A DNA stretch of 48,505 nucleotides from Betaproteobacteria bacterium (GCA_052387375.1 JBQTJF010000142.1:1-48505); one strand, 5' to 3'; shown: positions 1-12,806, counted from the first letter of the stretch. A program made the numbers and translations. Notes: generated from the sequence alone by a model not told the origin.

Positions 1-512
1 GATGCTCAGCCCCGCTGCCGCGAGCGCCAGCAGGAGCAGCGTCGCCCCGGTGAAGCCGAGCGCGGTGGCGGCGACGCCGCCGAGCGCCTCGCCGACGAGG
101 CCGCCGGGGGCGAGCGGCAGCTCGGCCGCGACGCTGTGCAGGCGCAGGCGCTCGAGCGCGGCGCTCGCCACGAGGAGCAGGCCGAAGCCGGCCAGGGAGT
201 AGCCGAGCCGCGTGCCTTGCAGCCGGCGCACGCCCCACACCACCACATAGGCGCACAGCGCCGCCCACCAGTAGGCGGAGAGTCCGAAGAGGTAGAGCAG
301 CAGGTCCGAGAGCCAGGCGCCCAGCGCGCCGCCGGCGTTGCGCACCGGCGCATCGGTGCCGCTGTGCGACCAGCCGGGGTCGGCGCGGTCGTAGGTGACG
401 AAGACGAGGAGGAGGTACAGCGCCAGCGCCACCAGCACCAGCCATTTCGCCTCCCGCAGCAGGCCCGCGAGCTTGGCGGGAAGGGGCGCCGGGGATTTTT
501 CCGCTACGCCCA

Positions 513-513
<1 letters not shown>
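1..513 (-). CDS. ftsK: DNA translocase FtsK, N-terminal membrane part (gene runs off the left edge)
   Basis: Not in the ORF track because it is open at the window edge. My minus-strand translation from GTG 513..511 reads VGVAEKSPAPLPAKLAGLLREAKWLVLVALALYLLLVFVTYDRADPGWSHSGTDAPVRNAGGALGAWLSDLLLYLFGLSAYWW... This fits the FtsK N-terminal pattern (DPxWS, N.GG..GAWL.D.L..FG..AY). The frame stays open to nt 1 and third-position GC is high. Confidence 0.8.
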
Positions 514-4169
<3,656 letters not shown>

Positions 4170-4173
<4 letters not shown>

Positions 4174-4904
4174 GACTCAAGGACAAGGTCGCCATCGTCA
4201 CCGGCGCCGGCTCGGGCTTCGGCGCCGGCATCGCCCGGCGCTTCGCCGCGGAAGGCGCGCGCGTGATCGTCAACGACGTGAACCCGGCGGCAGAGAAGGT
4301 CGCCACGGAGATCGGCGGCAGCTTCGTGCAGGCCGACGTGACGAAGAGCGCGGACTGGGCCAAGCTCGTGCAGGCGGCGGGCGGCAGGCTCGACATCGTC
4401 GTCAACAACGCCGGCTGGACGCACCGGCGCAAGCCCTACCTCGAGGTGCCCGAAGCCGAGTTCGACAAGGTCTACGCGGTGAACGTGAAGAGCGTCTATC
4501 TCTCCGCGCTGCACGCGGTGCCGGTGTTCCGGCGCCGCGGCGGCGGCTGCTTCGTCAACATCGCCTCGACCGCCGGCGTGCGGCCGCGGCCCGGGCTGAC
4601 GGTGTACAACAGCTCCAAGGGCGCGGTGATCGTGATGTCGAGGTCGATGGCGGCGGAGTTCGGCCCAGACAAGATACGCGTCAACTGCGTCAATCCGGTC
4701 TTCAGCCCGGACACGGCGCTCTCGGCGGAGTTCGCCGGCGGCGCGCTGACGGAGGAGGCGAAGAAGGGCTTCCTCGCCACCATTCCGCTCGGCCGGTTCT
4801 CGACGCCGCTCGACGTGGCGAACGCCTGCCTCTACCTCGCTTCCGACGAGGCGAGCATGATCAGCGGCGTGTGCATCGAGGTGGACGGCGCGCGGAGCGT
4901 CTAG
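4170..4904 (+). CDS. Short-chain dehydrogenase/reductase (SDR) family oxidoreductase
   Basis: MRLKDKVAIVTGAGSGFG (TGxxxGxG), NNAG, and catalytic YNSSK. Its ATG overlaps the previous stop as ATGA (4170-4173). Only the C-terminal third of track ORF 3114..4904 is real. Confidence 0.9.
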
Positions 4905-6244
4905 GCGCGTTTCAATCCGCCTAGAAGGGCAGCAACCTGGGGCTCCCGGCGTTTTCGCTGCGGTCCCGGAGCTTCGGGCTTCGGGGCTGAGGCGGAGGGC
5001 TCGTACGGCTTGGAGAAGATCGGGTCGGCGGCGCTCGCCGGTCGTTTGCCCCTCTTCGAGGGCTGGTCGCCCATCAGCGTGGCGACGGTGGCGCCGCTCG
5101 GCTGGAAGCTCGGCACGAGCACGCGCTCGATGCGCTTCTTGATCAGCCGCTCGATCGCCGCGAGCGCCTCCATGTCTTCGGGGGCGACGAGCGAGATCGC
5201 CTCGCCGGTCAGGCCGGCGCGCCCGGTGCGGCCGATGCGGTGCACGTAGTCCTCGGGCGAGTGCGGCACGTCGAAGTTGATGACCTGCGGCAGCCCTTCG
5301 ATGTCGAGGCCGCGCGAGGCGACATCGGTGGCCACCAGCACGTTGGTCTTGCCGGCCTTGAAGTCGGCGAGCGCCGCCTCGCGCTCGGCCTGCGCCTTGT
5401 CGCCGTGGATGGCGTCGGCCTGGATATGGTCGCGGCGCAGCTGGTGCGCGAGGCGGTTCGCGCCGATGCGCGTGGCGGTGAAGACCAGCACCTGGCGCAG
5501 GTCGCGCGTCTGGATGAGATAGGCGAGCAGCTCGCGCTTCTTCTCGCGCTTCACCGGGTGCACCACGTGGGTGACGAGCTCGGCGGCGGCGTTGCGCGCC
5601 GCCACCTGCACCTCCGCCGGGCTGCGCAGCAGCGTCTTGGCCAGCGTGCGGATCTCGTCGGGGAAGGTCGCCGAGAAGAGCAGGTTCTGCCGCTGCGCGG
5701 GCAGCAGCGCGATGATGCGCTTGATGTCGGGCAGGAAGCCCATGTCGAGCATGCGGTCGGCCTCATCCAGCACCAGCACCGAGACCTGGTTGAACATGAC
5801 CGTCTTGTTCTGCACGTGGTCGAGCAGGCGCCCGGGGGTGGCGACCAGCACCTCGACGCCCTTGCGCAGCTGCTCGATCTGCGCGTTCATGTCGACGCCG
5901 CCGTACACCACGGTGCTGCGCAGCGGCAGGTGCCGGCCGTAGTCGCGGAAGCTCTCGGCGACCTGCACCGCGAGCTCGCGCGTGGGCGTCAGCACCAGCG
6001 CGCGCACCGGGTGGCGCGCCGGCGAGGCGGAAGGGCTTGCCAGCGGGGCGAGGCGCTGCAGGATGGGCAGCGCGAACGCCGCGGTCTTGCCGGTGCCGGT
6101 CTGCGCCCCGGCCATGAGATCGCGCCCCGCGAGCACCAGCGGGCTCGCCTGCTCCTGCACCGGAGTCGGTTTCTCGTAGCCGAGATCTGCGACCGCCGCG
6201 AGGAGCGGCGGATTCAGGCCAAGTTGTTCAAAAGCTGAAGAGAT
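4901..6244 (-). CDS. rhlE: ATP-dependent DEAD-box RNA helicase (RhlE-like); start codon problematic
   Basis: AQTGTGKTAAF (motif I), DEAD, SAT, and HRIGRTGRAG (motif VI). The track ORF starts at GTG 6160, but the Q-motif region (SSAFEQLGLNPPLLAAVADLGYEKPTPVQ) is encoded upstream of it, in frame. No ATG, GTG or TTG lies between the in-frame TGA at 6260-6262 and 6160. I placed the end at an ATC (6244..6242) that aligns with Met1 of E. coli RhlE (MSFDSLGL). Confidence 0.85.
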   Translation of the reverse strand: MSSAFEQLGLNPPLLAAVADLGYEKPTPVQEQASPLVLAGRDLMAGAQTGTGKTAAFALPILQRLAPLASPSASPARHPVRALVLTPTRELAVQVAESFRDYGRHLPLRSTVVYGGVDMNAQIEQLRKGVEVLVATPGRLLDHVQNKTVMFNQVSVLVLDEADRMLDMGFLPDIKRIIALLPAQRQNLLFSATFPDEIRTLAKTLLRSPAEVQVAARNAAAELVTHVVHPVKREKKRELLAYLIQTRDLRQVLVFTATRIGANRLAHQLRRDHIQADAIHGDKAQAEREAALADFKAGKTNVLVATDVASRGLDIEGLPQVINFDVPHSPEDYVHRIGRTGRAGLTGEAISLVAPEDMEALAAIERLIKKRIERVLVPSFQPSGATVATLMGDQPSKRGKRPASAADPIFSKPYEPSASAPKPEAPGPQRKRREPQVAALLGGLKRA

Positions 6245-6259
6245 GCCGCCGATTATAAG

Positions 6260-6787
6260 TCAGTTGATGGTGCGCGCGGCGCGCTCGGCACCCTCCTGCG
6301 GCTCGGTGCCGGGAAGCTTGAGCTCCATGTCCCAGTCGCTCTTCTTCACCGCGGCCTGCAGCAGCCGGCACACCGAGTGCAGCAGCACCGAGTCGAAGGA
6401 GAGCGTCACGCCCTGCCCCTGCGCGGGGTGCAGCGCCACCACCGGCTGGCCGTTGCGATCGTGCCCGGTCTGGATGCGCGCCAGCAGCAGCGGCGCGTCG
6501 CCGAGCGGCCGCTCGCTGCCGCCGGCGTCGTAGGGCCGCGTGAAGTCCGCTTTCGACACCGCGCGCTCGTGCTCCAGGCCGAGCAGCGCGCGGCGCGCCT
6601 CGGGGTTCGCCTGCGTGCGGATGCGCGGGCTCGCCTCCTCGGCCAGCTTGACGAGCAGCGGCCACAGCAGCTTGACGAAGCGCCGCGTCAGCGCGAGCCG
6701 CAGCTCGACGCCCTCGGCGGCCGCCACCAGCATCAGCAGGCGGTCCTGCTCGGCGTCGTACTCGACTTTCAGCTGGTGCAGGCGCAT
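6260..6787 (-). CDS. Hypothetical protein (175 aa) with an apparent internal two-fold repeat
   Basis: ATG at 6787 (MRLHQLKVEYDAEQDRLLMLV...). High third-position GC and no family I recognise. The long N-terminal extension of track ORF 6260..7039 overlaps the GNAT gene on the other strand and looks non-coding. Confidence 0.55.
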   Translation of the reverse strand: MRLHQLKVEYDAEQDRLLMLVAAAEGVELRLALTRRFVKLLWPLLVKLAEEASPRIRTQANPEARRALLGLEHERAVSKADFTRPYDAGGSERPLGDAPLLLARIQTGHDRNGQPVVALHPAQGQGVTLSFDSVLLHSVCRLLQAAVKKSDWDMELKLPGTEPQEGAERAARTIN

Positions 6788-6800
6788 GGAACAATGGTAC

Positions 6801-7307
6801 ATGGCCCGCCTTGTCGAAGTCACCGATCCCGCGGACATTGCCGCCGTACGCGAGCTATTCGGCGAATATGCGCGCGAGGTGGACGAGCCCCGGTGCTTCG
6901 CCGGCTTTACGCGCGAGCTCGCCGGGCTGCCCGGCGAGTACGCTCGGCCGCACGGCCGGCTGCTGCTCGCGCGCGAGGGCGCCGCTGCCGCGGGCTGCGT
7001 CGGCCTGCGGCGGCTCTCCGCCGACGCGGCCGAGATCAAGCGGCTCTACGTGCGGCCGGCCTACCGGGGCACGCGGCTCGGCCGGCGCCTTGCCGAGGCG
7101 GCGATCGACGCGGCGCGCGCCGGCGGCTGCCGCCGCGTCATGCTCGATACCCTGCCGAAGATGCGCGAGGCCATCGCGCTTTACCGCTCGCTCGGCTTCC
7201 GCGAGACCGGACCCTACCTCGCCGAGCCGACCCCCGGCAGCATCTGCTTCGAGCTCGTCCTCAGCGCAGCGCCGGAAGGAGCTCGGCCGGCACGATCAGG
7301 GGCATGA
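6801..7307 (+). CDS. GNAT family N-acetyltransferase
   Basis: MARLVEVTDPADIAAVRELF...IKRLYVRPAYRGTRLGRRLAEAAIDAARAGGCRRVMLDT...YRSLGF contains the acetyl-CoA binding R/Q-x-x-G-x-G/A motif. The last ~15 codons overlap the convergent XRE gene. Confidence 0.85.
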   Translation: MARLVEVTDPADIAAVRELFGEYAREVDEPRCFAGFTRELAGLPGEYARPHGRLLLAREGAAAAGCVGLRRLSADAAEIKRLYVRPAYRGTRLGRRLAEAAIDAARAGGCRRVMLDTLPKMREAIALYRSLGFRETGPYLAEPTPGSICFELVLSAAPEGARPARSGA

Positions 7308-7512
7308 GGCCCAGGGCGGCGAGCACCGCTGCGACCTTGTCGACCCTCAGGCCCGCTTTGCCGCGCTCCAGCTCGCTCAGGAACTTGCGCGATACCGCCG
7401 CCCGCGCGGCGAGCTCGCCCTGCGTCACTCCCATTGCCTCGCGCGCGACGAGCACCGCCTCGCCGAGCTCGGCGCTGTTGGTCCAGACGAACCAGCCAGG
7501 CATGGCCGCCAT
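7261..7512 (-). CDS. XRE-family HTH protein, HipB/y4mF-like (orphan antitoxin-like regulator)
   Basis: 83 aa. HTH core REAMGVTQGELAARAAVSRKFLSELERGK. GGGGGGA Shine-Dalgarno 5 nt upstream. Confidence 0.8.
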   Translation of the reverse strand: MAAMPGWFVWTNSAELGEAVLVAREAMGVTQGELAARAAVSRKFLSELERGKAGLRVDKVAAVLAALGLMPLIVPAELLPALR

Positions 7513-7524
7513 GGCGTCCCCCCG

Positions 7525-7544
7525 ATGTAACCGATCGGTTACAT
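7525..7544. promoter_or_regulatory. Perfect 20-bp palindrome ATGTAACCGATCGGTTACAT (candidate operator of the XRE gene and/or hairpin at the hldC stop)
   Basis: Read directly from the sequence. It lies 12 nt upstream of the XRE ATG (7512) and spans the hldC TAA (7539-7541). Confidence 0.5.
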
Positions 7545-8027
7545 TTTAGCCTTGCGGATGCGCTCCATCAAGGCCGTCGTGGAGCGCTGGTGCTCGAAGG
7601 GGATCGACACCACCTTGCCGCCGCGCGCGAGCACATCCGGCGCGCCGGCGATGCGCTCGGCCGGCCAGTCGCCGCCCTTCACCAGCACCTCGGGGCGGCA
7701 CGCCGCGATCAGGCGCTCCGGCGTGTCCTCGTCGAACCAGGTCACCGCGTCGACCGCGGCGAGCGCGGCGATCACCGCCATGCGGTCCTCGAGCGGATTC
7801 AGGGGGCGCTCGGCGCCCTTGCCGAGGCGGCGTGCCGACGCGTCCGAGTTCAGGGCGACGAGCAGCGCCGCGCCGAGCTCGCGGGCGCGCGCCAGGTAGG
7901 TGACGTGGCCGCGATGCAGGAGATCGAACACGCCGTTGGTGAAGACGAGCGGCCGCGGCAGCGCCGGCAGCCAGCGGCCCAGGTCGGCGGGCGGGTGGAT
8001 CTTCGACTCGAAGGACCTAGCGGGCAG
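7539..8027 (-). CDS. hldC: D-glycero-beta-D-manno-heptose 1-phosphate adenylyltransferase (RfaE domain II / HldC)
   Basis: LPRPLVFTNGVFDLLHRGHVTYL (HxGH)...NSDAS...FEHQRSTTAL. The track ORF starts at GTG 7931, inside the conserved FTNGVFD block. The in-frame upstream sequence (L)[25 protein letters not shown] resembles HldC N-termini and offers only a CTG (8027..8025, GAAGG 6 nt upstream) as start. Confidence 0.85.
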   Translation of the reverse strand: MPARSFESKIHPPADLGRWLPALPRPLVFTNGVFDLLHRGHVTYLARARELGAALLVALNSDASARRLGKGAERPLNPLEDRMAVIAALAAVDAVTWFDEDTPERLIAACRPEVLVKGGDWPAERIAGAPDVLARGGKVVSIPFEHQRSTTALMERIRKAKM

Positions 8028-8649
8028 ACTGGGCCTTCTGCGCCGGCGGCGAAGGTGGACGGCATGCCTCGTCGCTCGGCTTGCAGTACTCGAAGACCTT
8101 CACCACCTTGCGCACGCCACCGGTGGTGCGGGCGATCTGCGCGGCGTCGTTGCCTTCCTGCTCGGTGACGATGCCCATCAGGTAGGCGACGCCGGCTTCG
8201 GTCACCACCTTGACGTGCAGGGGGCTGAAGCGGTTGGCGTCGATGAAGCGCAGCTTCACCTTCGAGGTGATGAGCGAATCGTTGGAGCGCGCGGCGAGCG
8301 AGGACACGCCGGCCACCTCGAGCTCGTTGGCGACGCTGCGCGCGTTGGGCAGCCCGGCGGCGATCTTCTCGATGGCGTCGCGCGCCGCCGCGTCGGGCAC
8401 CTCGCCGGTGAGCAGCAGCATGCGGTTGAACGAGGTGACGTTGACGTGCGCTCCCTCGGGGTAGCGCTCGGCGATGCGGTTGACGCCGCGCAGTTCGTTC
8501 GCCTCGTCCTCGATCTGCGCTCCGGCGGTGCGCCGGTCCTCGAGCGCGCTCACCGCGGCGACGCCGCCGGCGCCGATCACCACCGCGGCGCAGCCCGAGG
8601 CGAGCAGCGCCGCCGCCAGGACGCCCGCCGCCGCCAGCGCCGCCCTCAC
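8017..8649 (-). CDS. dolP: BON-domain outer-membrane lipoprotein (DolP/YraP-like)
   Basis: GTG 8649 gives [20 protein letters not shown] (lipobox LASGC) followed by two BON-like repeats. GTGA overlap with the upstream SIS gene. Synteny yraN-diaA-yraP as in E. coli. Confidence 0.8.
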   Translation of the reverse strand: MRAALAAAGVLAAALLASGCAAVVIGAGGVAAVSALEDRRTAGAQIEDEANELRGVNRIAERYPEGAHVNVTSFNRMLLLTGEVPDAAARDAIEKIAAGLPNARSVANELEVAGVSSLAARSNDSLITSKVKLRFIDANRFSPLHVKVVTEAGVAYLMGIVTEQEGNDAAQIARTTGGVRKVVKVFEYCKPSDEACRPPSPPAQKAQSAR

Positions 8650-9260
8650 GCGCGCGGGCCGAGCAGCTGGAAGTCGATGGCGTCGCACAGGCAGTGCAGC
8701 ACGAGCAGGTGCACTTCCTGGATGCGCGCGGTGCTCTTGTGCGGCACGCACACCTGCACGTCGCCGGCGGCGAGCGCCGCCGCCATCTTGCCGCCGCCGT
8801 TGCCGGTCAGGGCGACCACGCGCAGGCCCAGCTCATGCGCCGTGCCCGTGGCCTCGAGCACGTTGCCCGAGTTGCCGCTGGTGGAGATGGCGAGCAGCAC
8901 GTCGCCGCGCCGGCCGATGGCGCGCACCTGCTTGGAGAACACCTGGCGGTAGTCGTAGTCGTTGGCGATCGAGGTGAGGGTCGAGCTGTCGGTGGTGAGC
9001 GCTATCGCGGCAAGGGGCGCGCGCTCGCGCTCGTAGCGGTTCACCAGCTCGGCGGCGAAGTGCTGCGCGTCGGCCGCCGAGCCGCCGTTGCCGCAGGCGA
9101 GCGCCTTGCCGCCCTCGCGCAGCGCCTGCGCCATCAGGGCGCCGGCGCGCGCGATCGGCTCGGCGAGCGCCTGCACCGCGTCGAGCTTCAGCCGCGCGCT
9201 TTCGGCGAAATGCCCGGCGACCCGGGCCACCAGCGCCGCGTGCTGTTCGGTGTGTCCCAT
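8646..9260 (-). CDS. diaA: SIS-domain phosphoheptose isomerase family protein (DiaA/GmhA-like)
   Basis: [11 protein letters not shown]...[18 protein letters not shown]...[10 protein letters not shown]...IQEVHLL. Start ATG is at 9260; the rest of track ORF 8646..9491 is upstream read-through. Confidence 0.8.
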   Translation of the reverse strand: MGHTEQHAALVARVAGHFAESARLKLDAVQALAEPIARAGALMAQALREGGKALACGNGGSAADAQHFAAELVNRYERERAPLAAIALTTDSSTLTSIANDYDYRQVFSKQVRAIGRRGDVLLAISTSGNSGNVLEATGTAHELGLRVVALTGNGGGKMAAALAAGDVQVCVPHKSTARIQEVHLLVLHCLCDAIDFQLLGPRA

Positions 9261-9291
9261 CGGCGGCGATTCTAACCCGCCGATGCCAGGG

Positions 9292-9630
9292 CTACTCGCC
9301 GAAGGCGTCGCGGATCCAGCGCACGCTGGCGGGCGCGCCGTCGACCAGGAACACGTCGAAGCGGCAGGGCGCGTCGGGGCGGCGGGCAAGGTAGAGCCGC
9401 GCCGCGGCGAGCAGGCGCCCGCGCTTGGCCGCGGTGATGCTCTCGGCGGCGCCGCCGAAGGCGTCGCGGCTGCGCTGGCGCACCTCGGCAAACACCACCG
9501 TGGCGCCTTCCGCGGCGATGAGATCGATCTCGCCCAGGCGGCAGCGCCAGTTGCGCTCGAGCAGCTTCAGGCCCGCGGCCCGCAGCAGGTCGGCGCACAG
9601 GTCCTCGGCTCGCGCCCCTTCGCGGTTCAT
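9292..9630 (-). CDS. yraN: YraN-family endonuclease-like protein (UPF0102)
   Basis: 112 aa. [39 protein letters not shown]...VFAEVR. This is the C-terminal part of track ORF 9292..10485. Confidence 0.85.
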   Translation of the reverse strand: MNREGARAEDLCADLLRAAGLKLLERNWRCRLGEIDLIAAEGATVVFAEVRQRSRDAFGGAAESITAAKRGRLLAAARLYLARRPDAPCRFDVFLVDGAPASVRWIRDAFGE

Positions 9631-9646
9631 GGCAGTCTTAACGGCA

Positions 9647-10489
9647 ATGGGCGCCTCGCCGTTGACCGGGACTCTGTTCGTCGTCGCCACGCCGATCGGC
9701 AACCTGGGCGATGCCAGTCCCCGCTCGATCGAGGTGCTGCGCGGCGCCGACCTCATCGCCTGCGAGGACACGCGCACCACCCGCACGCTCCTTGCCCGGC
9801 ACGGCATCGCCGCGAGGACCGTGCCGCTGCACGAGCACAACGAGCGCGCCGCCGCGGCCAAGCTGCTCGAGGCGATGCGCGGGGGCAGGAACGTGGCGCT
9901 GGTCAGCGATGCCGGCACCCCGGGCGTCTCGGACCCCGGCGCCCTGCTGGTCGCCGAAGCGCACCGTGCCGGCATCCGCGTCAGCCCGGTGCCGGGCCCG
10001 AGCGCCGCGGCGGCGGCGTTCTCCGCCGCCGGCTTCCGTGCCGACGGCTTCCTCTTTGCCGGCTTCCTGCCGGCGAGCGCCTCCGCGCGCCGCAAGGCGC
10101 TCGAGGCGCTCGACCTGCCCTGGCCGGTAGTGCTGTACGAGGCGCCGCACCGCATCGCCGCCACGCTGGCAGATCTCGCGGCGCGCTTCGGCCCGGCGCG
10201 CGAGGTGGCGATCGCCCGGGAGCTGACGAAGAAGTTCGAAGAGGTGGCGCGCCTCACGCTCGGCGAGGCGCCGGCGTGGCTCGCCGCCGCCAGGGAGCGC
10301 CAGCAGGGCGAGTTCGTGATCGTGCTCGCCGCCGGCGAGCCCCGCGCGGGCGCGGCACCCGACGCCGGGCGCGTCCTCGGCGTGCTGCTCGAGTCGCTGC
10401 CGCCGGGCGACGCGGCGAAAGCGGCGGCGCGCATCACCGGCCTGCCGCGGCGGGACCTGTATCGCAAGGCGCTAGAGCGCGGCAAGTAG
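9647..10489 (+). CDS. rsmI: 16S rRNA (cytidine1402-2'-O)-methyltransferase
   Basis: [36 protein letters not shown]...[15 protein letters not shown]...YEAPHR. Divergent from yraN, as in E. coli. Confidence 0.9.
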   Translation: MGASPLTGTLFVVATPIGNLGDASPRSIEVLRGADLIACEDTRTTRTLLARHGIAARTVPLHEHNERAAAAKLLEAMRGGRNVALVSDAGTPGVSDPGALLVAEAHRAGIRVSPVPGPSAAAAAFSAAGFRADGFLFAGFLPASASARRKALEALDLPWPVVLYEAPHRIAATLADLAARFGPAREVAIARELTKKFEEVARLTLGEAPAWLAAARERQQGEFVIVLAAGEPRAGAAPDAGRVLGVLLESLPPGDAAKAAARITGLPRRDLYRKALERGK

Positions 10490-10499
10490 AATCCGGCCG

Positions 10500-11531
10500 A
10501 TGGACCGGCTCACGATCAGGCGCCCCGACGACTGGCACCTGCACCTGCGCGACGGCGCGGCGATGGCCGCGGTGCTCGCCGACTCGGCGCGGCGCTTCGG
10601 GCGCGCCATCGTCATGCCCAACCTGCAGCCGCCGGTGCGCACCACGCAGCAGGCGCTGCACTATCGCGAGCGCATCCTCGCCGCGCTGCCCGAAGGCACG
10701 GCGTTCGAGCCGCTGATGACGCTGTACCTCACCGACGACACCTCGCCGGAGGAAATCGCGCGCGCCAAGCTCTCGGGACGCGTGTTCGGCGTCAAGCTCT
10801 ATCCGGCCGGCGCCACCACCCATGCCGAAGCCGGCGTCACGCGCCTCTCGCGCTGCTTCCACGCGCTCGAGCGCATGCAGGAGCTCGGCCTGCCGCTGCT
10901 CGTGCACGGCGAATCCACCGACCCGGCCATCGACGTGTTCGACCGCGAGAAGGCCTTCCTCGAGGAGACCATGGGCCCGACGCTGGCGCGCTTTCCGCGC
11001 CTGAAGGTGGTGCTCGAGCACGTCACCACGCGCGACGCAGTGCACTACGTCGAGGTGACGGGCGACAACGTCGCCGCCACCATCACCGCCCACCATCTGC
11101 TCATGAACCGCAACGCGCTGTTCATGGGCGGCATCCGGCCGCACCACTATTGCCTGCCGGTGCTCAAGCGCGAGGAGCACCGCGAGGCGCTGGTGGAGGC
11201 CGCGACCTCGGGCAACCCGAAGTTCTTCCTCGGCACCGACAGCGCGCCGCACGCGAGGAGCGCCAAGGAGGCGGCGTGCGGCTGCGCCGGCATCTATACC
11301 GCGCACGCCGCCATCGAGCTGTACGCGGTGGCGTTCGAGGAAGCCGGCGCGCTCGAGCGCCTGGAGGGCTTCGCCAGCGAGTTCGGCGCCCGCTTCTACG
11401 GCCTGCCGCCGAGCCGCGACACCATCACCCTGGTGCGCGAGGATTGGCGCATCCCGGAAAGCATCGCTTTCGGCGCCGAGCGGCTCGTGCCGCTGCGCGC
11501 CGGCGAATCGATCCCCTGGAAGCTCGCCTAG
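10500..11531 (+). CDS. pyrC: Dihydroorotase, homodimeric type
   Basis: 343 aa. [26 protein letters not shown], and [10 protein letters not shown]. Confidence 0.93.
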   Translation: MDRLTIRRPDDWHLHLRDGAAMAAVLADSARRFGRAIVMPNLQPPVRTTQQALHYRERILAALPEGTAFEPLMTLYLTDDTSPEEIARAKLSGRVFGVKLYPAGATTHAEAGVTRLSRCFHALERMQELGLPLLVHGESTDPAIDVFDREKAFLEETMGPTLARFPRLKVVLEHVTTRDAVHYVEVTGDNVAATITAHHLLMNRNALFMGGIRPHHYCLPVLKREEHREALVEAATSGNPKFFLGTDSAPHARSAKEAACGCAGIYTAHAAIELYAVAFEEAGALERLEGFASEFGARFYGLPPSRDTITLVREDWRIPESIAFGAERLVPLRAGESIPWKLA

Positions 11532-12235
11532 CGCATCCGATCTTCGATCCGCTGCGCCCCTGGCTCGGCGCCGGCTCGCTCGAGCGGCTCAACGCCTGCG
11601 CCGCAGCCGCCGGCATCCGCACCGAGAGCGCGCGAGCGGTGCGCTTCGTGCCGCCGGCGCCGGCCGACCGGCGTCCCTACGAACTGCGCGTCTTCGAGAC
11701 CGGCGAGGTGGCGACGCGCGCGGGCAGCCTGCACGACTGGTTCAACGCGCTCGCCTGGCTCGCCTTTCCGCGCACCAAGGCGCGCGTCAACGCGATGCAC
11801 GCGGGCGCCATTCCAGGCGAGCGCGGCGGGCGCGGGCGCCTGCGCGACCTGCTGACGCTGTTCGACGAGGGCGGCGCGCTCGTCGCCTGCGACGACGAGG
11901 CCCTCAACGCCCTCCTGCGCGGCCACCGCTGGCGCTCGCTCTTCTGGGAGAGCCGCGCGCGCGTGCTCGCCTCGATGCGCGTGCTCGTGCTCGGGCACGC
12001 GGTGCTCGAGAAATCGCTCGATCCCTGGCCCGCGATCACGTGCAAGGCGATCTTCATCCCGGCCGGGGGCGATGCCGATGCGCACGCCGCGGGCTGGCTG
12101 CGCGGCCTCGCCGCCGACGCCACGCCGCGCAGCCTCGCGGCGCTGCCGGTGTTCGGCTATCCGGGCTGGCTGCCGGCGAACGCGGACGCGGCCTTCTACG
12201 ACGACGCGCGCTTCTTCCGGCCGCGCCGCGGCTAG
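11444..12235 (+). CDS. DUF3025-family protein (start uncertain)
   Basis: Conserved-looking core [24 protein letters not shown]...LFDEGGALV...FGHA.LEK....YPGW lies in the C-terminal part of track ORF 11150..12235. TTG 11444 would overlap pyrC by ~88 nt. No ATG, GTG or TTG lies just after the pyrC stop, so the true start is unresolved. Confidence 0.6.
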   Translation: MAHPGKHRFRRRAARAAARRRIDPLEARLAHPIFDPLRPWLGAGSLERLNACAAAAGIRTESARAVRFVPPAPADRRPYELRVFETGEVATRAGSLHDWFNALAWLAFPRTKARVNAMHAGAIPGERGGRGRLRDLLTLFDEGGALVACDDEALNALLRGHRWRSLFWESRARVLASMRVLVLGHAVLEKSLDPWPAITCKAIFIPAGGDADAHAAGWLRGLAADATPRSLAALPVFGYPGWLPANADAAFYDDARFFRPRRG

Positions 12236-12744
12236 GGGAAGACCGGGTAGGGCCGCACCATGCCGGCCGGCTGGGCTTCCGGATGGCGCGACAGCACGAC
12301 TTCGCGGATGCGCTCCACGTCCTTGAGGCGCACGTCGACCATCGCCAGGACCTTGCCGGCGTCGACGTCGGCCTGGAACTGCCGCAGCCTGGAGTTCGGC
12401 ACCGAGGCGCCGACCATGCTGGCGACCCACATGCCGAGCGCTGCGCCCACCCCCACCGACACGAACAGCCAGAGCGGGTGCGGTGCGGTGCCCTCGATCG
12501 GATAGAACAGGATCAGGCTGCCGATCAGCAGCCCGCCCAGCGCGCCGATGCCCAGGCCGACGCCGGCGCCGTGCAGGAGGTCGCTCTTGAGCGCGTACCC
12601 GGCCTCGTGCAGCTCGCCGAGGTCGGTGCCGCGCCGCGCCAGGAAATGCATGTGCCGGTCCTCGATGCGCGCGAGCAGCAGGTCGTCCGCGGTGCGGCGC
12701 GCGCTGTCCACATCCGGGAGCAGGAAATACAGGCGTCTACGCAT
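12232..12744 (-). CDS. Glycine-zipper membrane protein (DUF1269-like)
   Basis: ATG 12744: MRRRLYFLLPDVDSARRTADDLL... It has two hydrophobic glycine-rich segments (GAGVGLGIGALGGLLIG and VGVGAALGMWVASMVGA). The upstream part of track ORF 12232..13137 runs antisense through rnpB and is not coding. Confidence 0.65.
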   Translation of the reverse strand: MRRRLYFLLPDVDSARRTADDLLLARIEDRHMHFLARRGTDLGELHEAGYALKSDLLHGAGVGLGIGALGGLLIGSLILFYPIEGTAPHPLWLFVSVGVGAALGMWVASMVGASVPNSRLRQFQADVDAGKVLAMVDVRLKDVERIREVVLSRHPEAQPAGMVRPYPVFP

Positions 12745-12793
12745 CGTCCACTCCTTGAAGGCGGTAGCCCTTCTTAGAGTCTGCCTGGCGCGG

Positions 12794-12799
12794 TAAAAT
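12794..12799 (+). promoter_or_regulatory. Candidate -10 box TAAAAT for rnpB
   Basis: It lies 7 nt upstream of the predicted RNase P RNA 5' end. The -35 (TTCTTA at 17-nt spacing) is weak. Confidence 0.4.
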
Positions 12800-12806
12800 T
12801 GCAATC

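Noticed and set aside
6260-6262. The TGA between the hypothetical gene and rhlE as a selenocysteine codon.
   Set aside because: I see no SECIS-like hairpin immediately downstream, and nothing suggests either protein is a selenoprotein. It is kept only as a read-through possibility in the finding on the rhlE start.
6801-7512. The GNAT acetyltransferase plus the XRE-HTH protein as a GNAT-type toxin-antitoxin pair.
   Set aside because: The two genes are convergent, with 3' ends overlapping by 47 nt, and are not co-transcribed. GNAT toxin systems have the antitoxin and toxin in one operon. The GNAT protein looks like an ordinary small acetyltransferase.
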